A DNA stretch of 63,914 nucleotides, filler included, from Thraustochytrium aureum (lineage: Eukaryota), in NCBI GenBank assembly GCA_012862495.1. It is 6 parts of one record of this genome, joined end to end, with 100 filler letters (N's around TTAATTAATTAA, not from the genome) between each part and the next. Parts side by side here need not be neighbours in the genome. Positions count along the whole stretch, not along the records: positions 45,383 to 55,597 come from BLSG01000216.1; positions 55,698 to 63,914 come from BLSG01000216.1; 4 more parts are not named here. One strand, given 5' to 3'. Below the pieces are notes generated by a model that was given only the letters and a program-made list of their open reading frames with translations, ran no database searches and was not told the DNA's origin. Every line of letters starts with the position of its first letter. Within the stretch, counting starts at the first letter, position 1. Position numbers and translations under genes: made by a program. Below are positions 47,623-58,627 of the stretch, one piece after another.

Positions 47623-48975
47623 CTACTCGTCGTCAGAGTCGTCCTCGTCCAGCGCGGGCACGTTGAGGCGCGCCTCTAGGCGCTGCTGCTCTTTCACCGC
47701 CACTGGCGCCTGCGAAACCACCGCAATATCTGCCTTGCCAGCGCCCGGCGCCAAGTTGGGATTGTCCGAGCCTTGGTAGATCGTCTTGATGTCCACAGCT
47801 TCCTGCAGCAGCTGCTCGGCGCGAGATTTCGGCTTGTCCAGCCGCCGAACGCGACCACTCGCTCCGGCTGCGGCATCAACGTTCTTGGAATTCCTGTCAT
47901 TCTCCCCTGCGATGCCGCCACCCAACACGAGCATCGAGCTCTCGTTCGCCTTCGGCATCGTCACTTTGAGCTCCCCGGTCGTTCGGGAGCGTTCTGTTTT
48001 GCTTTGGTCCGCGCGAACCTCCTCCCCCTCGCCGCCAGGAATGGCGACGCGAAGCGTCTTGTCCTTGAATATGACTTGCACAAACCGCGGGTACACTTGG
48101 CAGTCTATAAGCGACGTGTCCACAAAGCGCGGCAGTTGCACACGCAGGTAAAAGTTGGCCTTGTCTTCCTCGAACGAGAATTCAAGCCCGGCCTCGTTGC
48201 ACTGACGAACGCGGCCGTCCGGAAAGTATTGTTTTGCCCGCGCAAGCTCGACTGCCTCGGCGTGCTCGCTCTCAAAGTCGCGCTCCCTCGGGAGCCGCTC
48301 TTTTTCTCGCGCCTCCTTCTCCGCCTTCTCCTCGGCCATCTCGCGGTACATCTCAGTGCGCAATTCGGGCGTGTAGGGTGCGTTCTCCTCGTCGCCAACC
48401 TCTTGGATTGTGCAGCTCTTGAGAGCGTTTTCGGCTTTCTCTTTGGCAATCAGCTCGACGAGTTCCAGTTTGCGCGCTTCGAAGCGCTGGGCAGCGAGGA
48501 TGCGCTCGGCCTTCGTGACCCGTGTCCCGTCTAGCTTTTCCAGCCACGGGACAAAGTTGATCAGGATGTCTTTGTGCCCTTCCCAATCGGCGCACGGGTT
48601 GCCAACCAGGTACAGCTCGCGAAGGTTCTTGTTTCGCGTCAGGTTGCGCGCGCTCTCCTCGAGGTTGCTCAAAGGAATAAAGTTTACGGTCAGGTCCAGC
48701 TTGTTCAGGAACTCGCACGACTCCAGTCCCTCCACTTTCGTGATATTGTTGAGCGCGAGGTTGAGGTACTCGAGCTCCTTCAAGTGCTGCATGTTTTCGA
48801 TCTTGCTGATGATGTTGTTTTGCAGGTACAAGATGCGCAGTCGCCGGCACAAGCTGCCAATGTTTTCTATCTTCTCGATCTCCAGCTGGTGCAGCGCGAT
48901 CTCCTCGAGCTCTGCCATCGTCCCTTCATTGTGCTCTGACTTTTTCCGGATCAGGTCCGCCGTGATACGCACCAT
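47623..48975 (-). CDS. LRRC6: Dynein axonemal assembly factor 11 (LRRC6/TilB homolog)
   Basis: MVRITADLIRKKSEHNEG..LEEIALHQLEIEKIE..CRRLRILYLQNNII.KIEN..LEYLNLALNNI..CEFLNKLDLTVNFI; YTPE.R; C-terminal CS-like domain (DTSLID..V.P). Confidence 0.93.
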   Translation of the reverse strand: MVRITADLIRKKSEHNEGTMAELEEIALHQLEIEKIENIGSLCRRLRILYLQNNIISKIENMQHLKELEYLNLALNNITKVEGLESCEFLNKLDLTVNFIPLSNLEESARNLTRNKNLRELYLVGNPCADWEGHKDILINFVPWLEKLDGTRVTKAERILAAQRFEARKLELVELIAKEKAENALKSCTIQEVGDEENAPYTPELRTEMYREMAEEKAEKEAREKERLPRERDFESEHAEAVELARAKQYFPDGRVRQCNEAGLEFSFEEDKANFYLRVQLPRFVDTSLIDCQVYPRFVQVIFKDKTLRVAIPGGEGEEVRADQSKTERSRTTGELKVTMPKANESSMLVLGGGIAGENDRNSKNVDAAAGASGRVRRLDKPKSRAEQLLQEAVDIKTIYQGSDNPNLAPGAGKADIAVVSQAPVAVKEQQRLEARLNVPALDEDDSDDE

Positions 48976-49567
48976 CCTGCCCTCGGCGCGACCACCGACG
49001 CGCTTGCCCACACGCACCGAGCCTTGGCCTCCCGCCCCGCCTCTCTCTGCGCGCCCCTACGCAAGTTCACCGCAGCACCANNNNNNNNNNNNNNNNNNNN
49101 NNNNNNNNNNNNNNNNNNNNNNNNNNNNNNNNNNNNNNNNNNNNNNNNNNNNNNNNNNNNNNNNNNNNNNNNNNNNNNNNNNNNNNNNNNNNNNNNNNNN
49201 NNNNNNNNNCCGCACGCGAGTCGTGCGGGTTGTGGCGACTGCGCAAGACTCTTGCTGCGCGAGGGTCGTTCGGCTGGGCTGGTTGTAGCTCCCGGGACGT
49301 GGGGCGGGGATCCGAGCTTGTCGGCGAGTTGCAGTGTCGAGAGGGCCTAACAGCAGCTGCAGCTCGAACCGGTTTCCGTAAAAGCCAAGCTGGGTTGGCA
49401 GCAGCTGTCAAAGCCAACCTGAGTGCAGCAAGACCGCCACGCATCTGTTTCTCCGCATTTGGCACCAGCGCTGCAAAACAGGCGGTGGCTGCTTACCCGC
49501 TCCAACACGTGCACTCTGCAGTGCTTGCTGACAGGCGGGCCTCTCGCGAGCTGCTTGGCAGCTTCGG

Positions 49568-52249
49568 ATGTGGGGCGCGCGTTTCAAACTCGGCTCGGCC
49601 GCAGCAGCTGCGGGGCTCGTCGCGCGCGGCGTAGGGCTTGACGCGGTGTGGAAAAACTGCATCGCAGATGAATGCTATGTTGTCGTCGGCCCGGCCGCCG
49701 GGGTGGATGCGCTGGCCGAAACCTGCGCTTTCCTCGGCGGGAAATTATTCTCTGTTGACTCGCTCGACAAGATGCTTCATTTGCAAGCCCTCTTCGCTGG
49801 GAAGAGTAGCGCAGACGGCGAAGAGTGGGCCAGCCTGTTTGTCGGGGCAAAGCTGACTGGCGAGGGCCAAGTTGAGTTCATGGACGGCTCAGCAACGGAC
49901 CAAGCTCTAGTTTCTCGCGAGTTCTCTTTCAGGGCCTCCCCAGCCTCCTCTTCAGCAAACGACGAGTGCGTTGTTTCCAACCAGCACCTCGTCACCGCAA
50001 GTATAACCTGGCAACGAGCTCCGTGCGCTTACGAAAAGGCCTATTCGGTTTGCGCTCATGCCATGCCGGAGCATGGCTTCTGCTATGAAGTTCGTTGGGT
50101 CGACGAGAAAGATCGACTACGGAAGCGCGTTATGGAACCAATCACGCGCTTCCCCGCGCACCACCCAAAGGCTGGAAATAAGCCAGTCTGCGGCGCGCCG
50201 CCGTTTGGGTACATCCCTCCGAGAGGCCGCTGGGCAAGTACTGGGCAGCCAGACAAGGGCGCTGCCGAGTGCAGCTTGGTGTCTGGCGGCGAGCTTTTCT
50301 ACGCTTACAACAACCCGATCCCGGACAGCAGCAACACCGGCTTTGCCGTGGACAACGCTCTCGTCATGTTCTTTGTGGTCGACACGAACTACAACGGGTA
50401 CTGGGTCGTCGTCATCGACAAGCCTGGCGGGTCGGATAACGACAAAGGGATCCTCATGCTTGAGATTCAAAGTCGCGGCCTCCGCGGCCACGATGTCGAC
50501 GTGCTCCTGATGGATGACACGCCCCGCAGCGAGTTCAAGGGGGCCGCCTGTACGTACGAAAACCTCCTCGCGTCGTCGAATCACGGGGTAGACTGCCATG
50601 CCTGGAACAGCTCGGCCGGCGGAGGCCACTTCATTTGGCGATGGAACGCATGCTGCACCGACGGGATGGTGCTGGGGCGCCTGCCCGCGAACGATTTCTG
50701 CCTCAGCGTCCGAGTCGATAAAAAGAGCAACCTGAACGAGATATTCCTCGGCGACTTTGACGCAATCAAGAACGACATCGACCTCTCGCAGATCCCGATA
50801 TCTAGTTCTGTTGACGTGTGCGGGTACGAGTGCCCCGACTTTTGCAGAGCCATTGAAAGCTGTGGCGAGTGCAGCCACACAAAGGGGTGCGGCTGGTGCC
50901 CCGGCTACGGCTGCGAGCCGATTGGGGCCAAGGGCGGCTGCCCGAGCGGCTGGAGAGACATGCTATCTGAGGATTGCTGCGAGGCCTGCCAGGCCAAGTC
51001 GTCCTGCGACACCTGTGTTCAGGTTCCCGGCTGCGGGTGGAACTGGAGCGACAAGACGTGCCGGGCAGGCAACTCGTTCTCGCGAGTCCTCTGCAAAGCG
51101 GACGATTCGCTTTCGGAGCTCTTTGCGTTCTCAGCGAAAGAGTGCTTGACTGTTGGACCAACCTCGTCTCCAACCGTCTCTGCCAGGCCGACGCGATCGC
51201 CGACCGCCACGGAGCCTGATGTCGAGTCGGCGAGCCCAACGAGCGAGCAGGCCACAACCAAGCGCCCGACGGCAGACGCGACCTTGAGCCCGACAACCGC
51301 GCGAGAGCCAATTGAGCCGACGACCGTAGAGTCTACCTTGACGCCAACAGAGGCTTCGCAGATGCCATCTGTCGAGCCGTCTGCTGAGCCGACGGAGGGA
51401 TCCGACAAGCGCGTAACGCACTCGCCAGAAACGTCGAATACCGCCTCGACCGCTGAAAACCCGAGCGATGGCGCGCCGTGGTTTGCCTGGGGCATTCCCC
51501 TTATTTTGGCAATTTTTGTTGGCTGCTGCGGCTGCATGTTTTTCGTGTTCAAGTCGCGGCGAAGGCGGAATCAAGCACAGAAAAGCGGAGAGCTCGACCT
51601 TGATGATTTCGGCGGCACAATAGGGGGTCCGAACGCTGGCGCGTTGGCTGTGTCTACCGTCTTTGGAAACAGCAACCCTATGTTTGACGAACTTGCGATC
51701 AAAGACGCTGGCGCGCCCAAGCAAAACGCCCTGGTCCTCGCGCTCAAGGACTGCAAGGCGAGGGACGCCATATTTCGCCTGTACACAAACTGCCCCAGCC
51801 TGGCCATGGAGCTCTCGAAGCGCGGCGGCTGTTTCGTCAAGTGTACGCGTGACAGCGGGGAGCTCATGGACCAAGTGCGAGCCAGGAGCACCTTGAGCTC
51901 GCTAATGTCCTACGCAAGGGCGGGGGTCGCGCGGAAGCGCTCGCCAAAGGTCAAGACCGACTTGAAAGTTATGAAGCGGGACGAGTGGACCCCGCACACG
52001 GACCCGACTACTGGGGATGTGTTTTACTACAATGGAAAGCGAAACCACGTGCAGTGGGACGCGGCAGAGCTCAAGATCCGCGGCGGTGTCGAGATGGACC
52101 CGCTGCGCTGGGAGTTTGCTCCTGGCGAGTTCGATTCATTCGACGAGGTCATCAGGGTCCTTGAAAAAGGAAACTGGAAGCGCCAAGAGGACCTTCACCT
52201 CCCCTACTACCTCAACGAGCCAAGCGGGCAGCGGGCCTGGATCGAGTGA
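49568..52249 (+). CDS. Single-pass receptor-like protein: C-type-lectin-like, Cys/Trp domain, PSI repeats, S/T/P stalk, TM, cytoplasmic WW-like motifs
   Basis: CY..A...C...GGKL..C..W...PC...YSVC; SSNTG..W.WNACCTDG; SCGEC....GCGWC and SCDTC....GCGW; TM WFAWGIPLILAIFVGCCGCMFFVF then KSRRRR; EWTPHTDPTTGDVFYYN....QWD. Intact 893-aa ORF. Confidence 0.7.
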   Translation: MWGARFKLGSAAAAAGLVARGVGLDAVWKNCIADECYVVVGPAAGVDALAETCAFLGGKLFSVDSLDKMLHLQALFAGKSSADGEEWASLFVGAKLTGEGQVEFMDGSATDQALVSREFSFRASPASSSANDECVVSNQHLVTASITWQRAPCAYEKAYSVCAHAMPEHGFCYEVRWVDEKDRLRKRVMEPITRFPAHHPKAGNKPVCGAPPFGYIPPRGRWASTGQPDKGAAECSLVSGGELFYAYNNPIPDSSNTGFAVDNALVMFFVVDTNYNGYWVVVIDKPGGSDNDKGILMLEIQSRGLRGHDVDVLLMDDTPRSEFKGAACTYENLLASSNHGVDCHAWNSSAGGGHFIWRWNACCTDGMVLGRLPANDFCLSVRVDKKSNLNEIFLGDFDAIKNDIDLSQIPISSSVDVCGYECPDFCRAIESCGECSHTKGCGWCPGYGCEPIGAKGGCPSGWRDMLSEDCCEACQAKSSCDTCVQVPGCGWNWSDKTCRAGNSFSRVLCKADDSLSELFAFSAKECLTVGPTSSPTVSARPTRSPTATEPDVESASPTSEQATTKRPTADATLSPTTAREPIEPTTVESTLTPTEASQMPSVEPSAEPTEGSDKRVTHSPETSNTASTAENPSDGAPWFAWGIPLILAIFVGCCGCMFFVFKSRRRRNQAQKSGELDLDDFGGTIGGPNAGALAVSTVFGNSNPMFDELAIKDAGAPKQNALVLALKDCKARDAIFRLYTNCPSLAMELSKRGGCFVKCTRDSGELMDQVRARSTLSSLMSYARAGVARKRSPKVKTDLKVMKRDEWTPHTDPTTGDVFYYNGKRNHVQWDAAELKIRGGVEMDPLRWEFAPGEFDSFDEVIRVLEKGNWKRQEDLHLPYYLNEPSGQRAWIE

Positions 52250-52386
52250 TGCCTGCGAAGGCGTGTCGACGGCAAGCCGGTTTCGGCGCTCGCCGTCGGG
52301 CCTGCTTGCAGGCCCTTGAATCATTCCTCAGCACTTTGTTGATTCGCGATCCTGCGCAAAGCGTTTCCTTTCGCCGCGTTCGGCTC

Positions 52387-53436
52387 CTACGGTTGCCCGC
52401 TCATATTGACCTTGTAAGCGACGCGCATCTTGGCGCTCCTTGACCGTGGGTTTGCTTCAACCTCTTGTCTACTTGGGCCCCGCGGTCGCGAGGAAAGCGG
52501 CACAAGACCTGGGCTGGCCTTGAACGCTTGTTTCACGAGGCGGTCCTCGAGGCTGTGGAACGAAATGATGACGGCAACACCGCCGGGGAGCAGCAGGTTT
52601 GGCAGCACCTCTAAGGCCTGACTAAGCGCGTGCATCTCGTTGTTTACCGCAATGCGAAGCGCCTGGAACACGCGCGTCGCGGGATGCAACCCTGCACGCT
52701 TCCAGTCAAGAACCGGCCCAAGCGCTTGCACAAGCTGCTTAGTCGTGGTGATGCGACGCTCCCGCCGCGCGGATGCAAGCCGCTCGACGATCTTGCGCCA
52801 GTTCTTCTCCTCTCCGTAGCGACACAAGACCTCGCCGAGCGTGTCCACAGCGCTCTCGTTGACAAACGTCTCGGCGGAAATCGAGCTCGGGTCGCTCGGG
52901 TCCATCCGCATATCGAGCGGCCCATCTTTGCGAAAGCTAAACCCGCGCTCTGCCTGATCGAGTTGCATGGAGGAGACGCCGAGGTCGAGGAGGACAGCAT
53001 CCGCCTGCCCCCCAGCCTGCTTGAATAGCGCAGAGTTCTCGCTGAGAAGCCGCCCGAGCTCGCGAAAGTTGCCTTTCACTAGCTCAAACTCGCCAGGCTC
53101 CTGCGCGAGCCGGCCCCTGGCAAGCGCAATCGCGGACGCGTCTTGGTCGACGCCAACAAGGCGCACGCCGTTCTCGCGACCAGCAGAGCTGCTCGCGACG
53201 GCGCGCATGATTGCGGCCGCGTGCCCGCCAGCGCCGAGCGTCGCGTCCACCACTAGCGGCGTCCGGCCGCGCGCGTTCCCCGCCGCCCCCAGCACCGCTT
53301 CAACGACCTCGTCGCGCATGACGCTTACATGATGCTCGCCGCCGTCGGTTGCCAGCGTCAAGGCCCTTGGGCCCGCGCTGCGCGCAGGTCGCCAACCAGC
53401 CCGCGAGGCAACTCGACGCGCAAGGCCGACGACCAT
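52387..53436 (-). CDS. rsmH: RsmH/MraW (METTL15-like) SSU rRNA m4C methyltransferase, probably mitochondrial
   Basis: HVSVM.DEV, VDATLGAGGH, LLDLGVSSMQLD..ERGFSF..DGPLDMRMD, YGEE, HPATRVFQALRIAVNNE, IISFHSLEDR.VK, NPRSRSAKMR; Arg-rich N-terminal extension. Confidence 0.93.
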   Translation of the reverse strand: MVVGLARRVASRAGWRPARSAGPRALTLATDGGEHHVSVMRDEVVEAVLGAAGNARGRTPLVVDATLGAGGHAAAIMRAVASSSAGRENGVRLVGVDQDASAIALARGRLAQEPGEFELVKGNFRELGRLLSENSALFKQAGGQADAVLLDLGVSSMQLDQAERGFSFRKDGPLDMRMDPSDPSSISAETFVNESAVDTLGEVLCRYGEEKNWRKIVERLASARRERRITTTKQLVQALGPVLDWKRAGLHPATRVFQALRIAVNNEMHALSQALEVLPNLLLPGGVAVIISFHSLEDRLVKQAFKASPGLVPLSSRPRGPSRQEVEANPRSRSAKMRVAYKVNMSGQP

Positions 53437-53962
53437 CGCGTTTGCCACGACGCCTGCCGGTGGTTTGGAGTCTCGCGCAAGCGCCTCTCTAGAGAGAGCT
53501 AGAGCAGAGCGACGCTGAGTTCTGCTCCGAGCTCCGCGAGCCTGTCTCTTTGCGAGGCGTTGTTCGAGGCCTCGTGGTCGGCTGGCGCTGCATCGCTCCT
53601 GGTGTTCACCAGTTTTCGCGTCGTTCAACGAGTCCAACAAGTGTGAGCACCTTTTCTGCTCGAGACGGGCAACGCAGGCGACGGTTTCCTTTTCATGCGT
53701 TCACGCCGAGCCGCTGGGGTTGCTTCACCAAGAAGAGCGAGCACCCCGGTCCGGCGTCTGGCGCTCGACCGGACGGGCCGTTGTGGTTGAGCAGAGTCTG
53801 TGGAAACTTGGTGCGGAAACTTGGTGGAAACAATGTTTTTTCCTGTTTGTGCAAGCGGTTTGGAGCCCGGAATGTAGGTACTTGTCTGGCCGACGCCAGG
53901 AAAAAAAAGCCGCCGGCACATCGCCGAGGCGAAGACCCCGGCAGGCGAGGGCAGAAACCGAA

Positions 53963-55597
53963 CTAGCCACCAGCAGCTGCCGTCCCTGCGAGGAAGTTGG
54001 GAAATAGAATGTTGGGGAAGCGCTTCGAGATGGAGACGAACTCGTCAAACGAGACCACACCGTCGCCGTCCTTGTCAGCCTGCGCCATGATTGTGTCTGC
54101 TTTTCGGGCCACCTCCTTCTCGGTTGTCGCCATGTGATTGGCCTTGAGGATCTTGGTGAGCTCTTGCTTGGTGATAACTCCGTTGCCGTCCTCGTCAAAG
54201 ACCATGAAGGCAAACTTGAGCTTGTCCTCCTTGCCTGCCCCAGTAAAGTTGCTGATGGCAATGAAGAACTCGCGCACGTCAAGCTGGCCCACCTTGTCTC
54301 GGTCAAAGCTCTGGAACACCTTTTCGGCCATCGGCGAAGGGTCGACCTGCATCACCTCGCAGAACTCGGTGTAGTCGATCATGCCGCTCTGGTCCTTGTC
54401 CACAGCCTGAAAACGTTTGAAGGCCTTCTTGACCGACTNNNNNNNNNNNNNNNNNNNNNNNNNNNNNNNNNNNNNNNNNNNNNNNNNNNNNNNNNNNNNN
54501 NNNNNNNNNNNNNNNNNNNNNNNNNNNNNNNNNNNNNNNNNNNNNNNNNNNNNNNNNNNNNNNNNNNNNNNNNNNNNNNNNNNNNNNNNNNNNNNNNNNN
54601 NNNNNNNNNNNNNNNNNNNNNNNNNNNNNNNNNNNNNNNNNNNNNNNNNNNNNNNNNNNNNATTGTACAGCCCCAGGAGGAGGCTTGCGCGAGGTGATCA
54701 TCTCGTAAAACTCATCAAAGCAGACCTGGCCGTCGCCGTCGTGGTCCGCCATCTTGACCATCTCGTCCACCTCTTCGTCCGTGACCTGCTCACCGATGTT
54801 GATGAGAACGTGCCGGATCTCAGCTGCGCCCACAAAGTGGTTGTGATCCAAGTCAAACGCCTCGAAAGCCTCCTTGATTTCCTGGTCCGTAAACGTCCCG
54901 TTCGGGTCGCGAGCCTCTTCTGCGGGGTTGTCGGCGTTTACACCGGCCTTGGGCGGGCCAGGGGCTGCCTTTGGAGGCGGCGCAGGCACAAGGGAGCTCG
55001 TCGGCCGCTGAAACTTTACCGCGAGGGTGATCTTCCCGGCTGGACCTTGCGCGCTGTCATAAATGTCGATGTCACCGTCGAAGGAGCCCTTTGCGAGCCA
55101 GTCGATGATGACCACATCCGACTTGCCGATTGGTTTGTCGTTCCCTGCAGCTTCTTTGTCGAGGACCTCGATGACGAGCTGCTTTTCGTTGAGCACTTTG
55201 AAGTCGAACGAGTCGCCCCACACCGGCTTCTTACCCCCGTTGCTATGGACTTTGGTGAATACTTCCTGAGACCCCAGGGTCAACTTGACGTATGGGTCTG
55301 CTTTGCCCATAAACCCGCTCGTCTTCAGATCAATGCCGCGCATCACTTTGACAGTCAGCACGCCGTGCTTGTCATCTGCTGCCAGACCGGGCGGTACTGG
55401 ACCTCCGCCGATCCCTGGGGGTGGTGGAGCGCCGCCAAATCCTGGTCGAGGTGGCAAACCTCCAGGCATGCCAGGAGGCCCGCGAGGCGGACCGCCTGGA
55501 GGACCTCCACCGGGCATTCCAGGAGGCCCGCGAGGCGGACCGCCTGGAGGACCTCCACCAGGCATGCCAGGAGGCCCGCGAGGCGGACCGCCTGGAG
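53963..55597 (-). CDS. Pro/Gly-repeat + C2 domain + multiple EF-hand protein, 5'-truncated, spans a gap
   Basis: C2: GVLTVKV.RG.DLK...GKADPYVKL..GGKKPVW..F.F..L.IEVLDK; EF loops DLDHNHFVGAAE, DHDGDGQVCFDE, DKDQSGMIDYTE, DRDKVGQLDVRE, DEDGNGVITKQE, DKDGDGVVSFDE. Confidence 0.85.
55465..55597. repeat. 48-bp coding tandem repeat (~2.8 copies) encoding MPGGGPPGGPPRGPPG
   Basis: Units start at 55465, 55513 and 55561; truncated by scaffold end. Confidence 0.9.
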
Positions 55598-55641
55598 NNN
55601 NNNNNNNNNNNNNNNNNNNNNNNNNNNNNNNNNNNNNNNNN

Positions 55642-55653
55642 TTAATTAATTAA
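55642..55653. other. Artificial scaffold spacer
   Basis: N44-TTAATTAATTAA-N44. Confidence 0.95.
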
Positions 55654-55697
55654 NNNNNNNNNNNNNNNNNNNNNNNNNNNNNNNNNNNNNNNNNNNN

Positions 55698-56432
55698 AGC
55701 GCTGCAGTCGGCGCTGCGCTGCCAGAGTCGGGCGAGTCGAGCACGGCGGACACCTCGCCGGAGCGGCGGGCTCTGTACGTGGCTGCCGCGGACAACCTTG
55801 ACCGCGTTGTCCGAGTTCTCCTTGGCGTGGGCGTCGACCCCGATGCCGGCGTCTCTCGCGCGCGACGGGGAAAGACGCCGCTACACGTTGCGTGCGCCAT
55901 GGGTCACGCGCGGGTGGTCCAAGCACTGCTAGAGTTCGGAGCCAACTGCTTCGCCACCACCGAGAACAACATTCCGGCTTCGCACGTTGCGGCCGCGCTC
56001 GCAGACGACCGAGCCGTTCACGTGCTCGGCCCGTTGCTCGGTGCAATGAGGGCCAAGGGTGTCCGCTCCCCGGTAGCGGTGCGGGACGGCCGGAAGCAAA
56101 CGCTGCTGCACGCGGCAGCACGTGGTGGCAACTCTGCCGTCATTGCTCTGCTCGTTGAAATGCTCGCTCGAGACTCGGACAGCGAAAAAACCCGGCTGAG
56201 CATGATCAACTGCATGGATCGGTGGTGCCGCACCGCGCTGCACTGGGCTGTCGTGAACGGCCATGCAAGTGCTGCGCAGGCGCTGCTGAGCGCTGGGGCC
56301 AACCCGGAGCCACTCTACTCGAAGAGGACAAGTTCAACGCATTTGCCATACGAGACGCCGTTGGAGATCGCGCGGCGCATAGGTCGCGAGGACATGGCGT
56401 GCATCTTGCAACGCGCCGGAGCGACGAAATGA
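55698..56432 (+). CDS. Ankyrin-repeat protein, C-terminal part
   Basis: GKTPLHVACAMGH..VV.ALLEFGA, QTLLHAAARGG, RTALHWAVVNGH..A..LL.AGA, ETPLEIA. Confidence 0.88.
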   Translation, partial: SAAVGAALPESGESSTADTSPERRALYVAAADNLDRVVRVLLGVGVDPDAGVSRARRGKTPLHVACAMGHARVVQALLEFGANCFATTENNIPASHVAAALADDRAVHVLGPLLGAMRAKGVRSPVAVRDGRKQTLLHAAARGGNSAVIALLVEMLARDSDSEKTRLSMINCMDRWCRTALHWAVVNGHASAAQALLSAGANPEPLYSKRTSSTHLPYETPLEIARRIGREDMACILQRAGATK

Positions 56433-56592
56433 ACAAGCCGCAGGTGGGCCCGATGCTAGCAAACTTGGGGCACTGTACATGCGCTCACGTCGTCATCACG
56501 GACAAAGCGAGCCAAGCCTGCCAAGCGGGCTAGAATTTCGCCCCAGGGAAACAACAACGAATCGTCTGCGTCTGCGTTGCGTTCGCCGCGCT

Positions 56593-58627
56593 TTAGATCT
56601 CGGAAACAAAGTACTTGAGGGCATCGAGGTCGTTGGGCATCGGGTCGCAAATGGAGCGAAACCCGAGCTGGTCCCACTTGACAACTGGAGTAATTTGCGA
56701 GAGTACGATGATGACCTCGATCGAGGTCATGGTCACCGTTGCGACGACGATGTAGTACGCGAGCAAGTAAATGATCGTGCTCTGGCGGCCGTTCATCGCG
56801 ACGTACTTGTCGATGATCCACTTGCCCGTGTACCCAGAGAGCATGCCAAGCAGGAAGAGCGCGATCCCAAAGTTCGGGGGCATCGCGTCCGACAGGTAAA
56901 ACTGAAAGGCTGACGAGGAGACCGTCGAAAGAAGCATGAACTGCGCGGAGGGAGAGGGCCGAATCAGCGCCGCCACCCAGACCGAGGCCACTCGGAGAAG
57001 CGAGCCGCCCGCGGCGCCCAAGGAATGGCAAGAGAACGAGCGCACTTACCTGTGCCGTCGACNNNNNNNNNNNNNNNNNNNNNNNNNNNNNNNNNNNNNN
57101 NNNNNNNNNNNNNNNNNNNNNNNNNNNNNNNNNNNNNNNNNNNNNNNNNNNNNNNNNNNNNNNNNNNNNNNNNNNNNNNNNNNNNNNNNNNNNNNNNNNN
57201 NNNNNNNNNNNNNNNNNNNNNNNNNNNNNNNNNNNNNNNNNNNNNNNNNNNNNNNNNNNNNNNNNNNNNNNNNNNNNNNNNNNNNNNNNNNNNNNNNNNN
57301 NNNNNNNNNNNNNNNNNNNNNNNNNNNNNNNNNNNNNNNNNNNNNNNNNNNNNNNNNNNNNNNNNNNNNNNNNNNNNNNNNNNNNNNNNNNNNNNNNNNN
57401 NNNNNNNNNNNNNNNNNNNNNNNNNNNNNNNNNNNNNNNNNNNNNNNNNNNNNNNNNNNNNNNNNNNNNNNNNNNNNNNNNNNNNNNNNNNNNNNNNNNN
57501 NNNNNNNNNNNNNNNNNNNNNNNNNNNNNNNNNNNNNNNNNNNNNNNNNNNNNNNNNNNNNNNNNNNNNNNNNNNNNNNNNNNNNNNNNNNNNNNNNNNN
57601 NNNNNNNNNNNNNNNNNNNNNNNNNNNNNNNNNNNNNNNNNNNNNNNNNNNNNNNNNNNNNNNNNNNNNNNNNNNNNNNNNNNNNNNNNNNNNNNNNNNN
57701 NNNNNNNNNNNNNNNNNNNNNNNNNNNNNNNNNNNNNNNNNNNNNNNNNNNNNNNNNNNNNNNNNNNNNNNNNNNNNNNNNNNNNNNNNNNNNNNNNNNN
57801 NNNNNNNNNNNNNNNNNNNNNNNNNNNNNNNNNNNNNNNNNNNNNNNNNNNNNNNNNNNNNNNNNNNNNNNNNNNNNNNNNNNNNNNNNNNNNNNNNNNN
57901 NNNNNNNNNNNNNNNNNNNNNNNNNNNNNNNNNNNNNNNNNNNNNNNNNNNNNNNNNNNNNNNNNNNNNNNNNNNNNNNNNNNNNNNNNNNNNNNNNNNN
58001 NNNNNNNNNNNNNNNNNNNNNNNNNNNNNNNNNNNNNNNNNNNNNCTCCATAACCATGATGACGTCGTACGCGAACCGGTTCGGATGCCGCGTCATGCGG
58101 TAGGGTTGGGGGCGATCGCGGAGGAGAGAAAGAAGGCTATGGCCGCTCCGCAGACCTAGCAGGGAGATGGTGTTTGGGCGCGCCGCGCCCTTCCTAGGTC
58201 AGCCAGGACTTTGGGGCGCACCGCAGCCGCAACCTTTTGCTGCGTCGGACCTCTAGCTAGAAAACGAAGCGAAGCAAAGCAACTCAACGTACGGCGGCCT
58301 TCGAGAGCGGTATCGCTTCGTACACGAGGGAGAAGAATATGATGTAGAGTGGGGTGTACACGGCCCCACCGCCCACTGCGCGCACACACAAAGCAAGGCG
58401 CGCTGTCAGGTTCCGCGAGCCCCCAGCTATCCACCCTCGAGCACACGGCCACACTCACCTCCAGCTGCCGCTGCGAGCGTTCCGGCAGCAAACACGACCC
58501 CGAGATACAGCACATCCATCGCGCCAATAGGATGCCCCACGCCGAGATCATTCGCCCACTCCACGCCTCCAGCCGCCGAGGACGGCGCCATCGTCGCGGC
58601 CACGAGCTGTCCAAGCGGCGTCGCCAT
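56593..58627 (-). CDS. Sulfite exporter TauE/SafE family membrane protein (multi-exon, middle in gap)
   Basis: LAAAAG|VGGGAVYTP..AIPLSKAA|VCGAA..YDVIMVME; STAQ|FMLLSTVSSSAFQF..GRQSTII.LLA..LGFRSIC; introns 58376-58458, 58156-58292 and 56941-57049 with GT..AG ends. Confidence 0.85.

Noticed and set aside
49230..49634. 134-aa ORF upstream of the receptor-like gene
   Set aside because: No motifs; likely UTR/promoter or a chance ORF.
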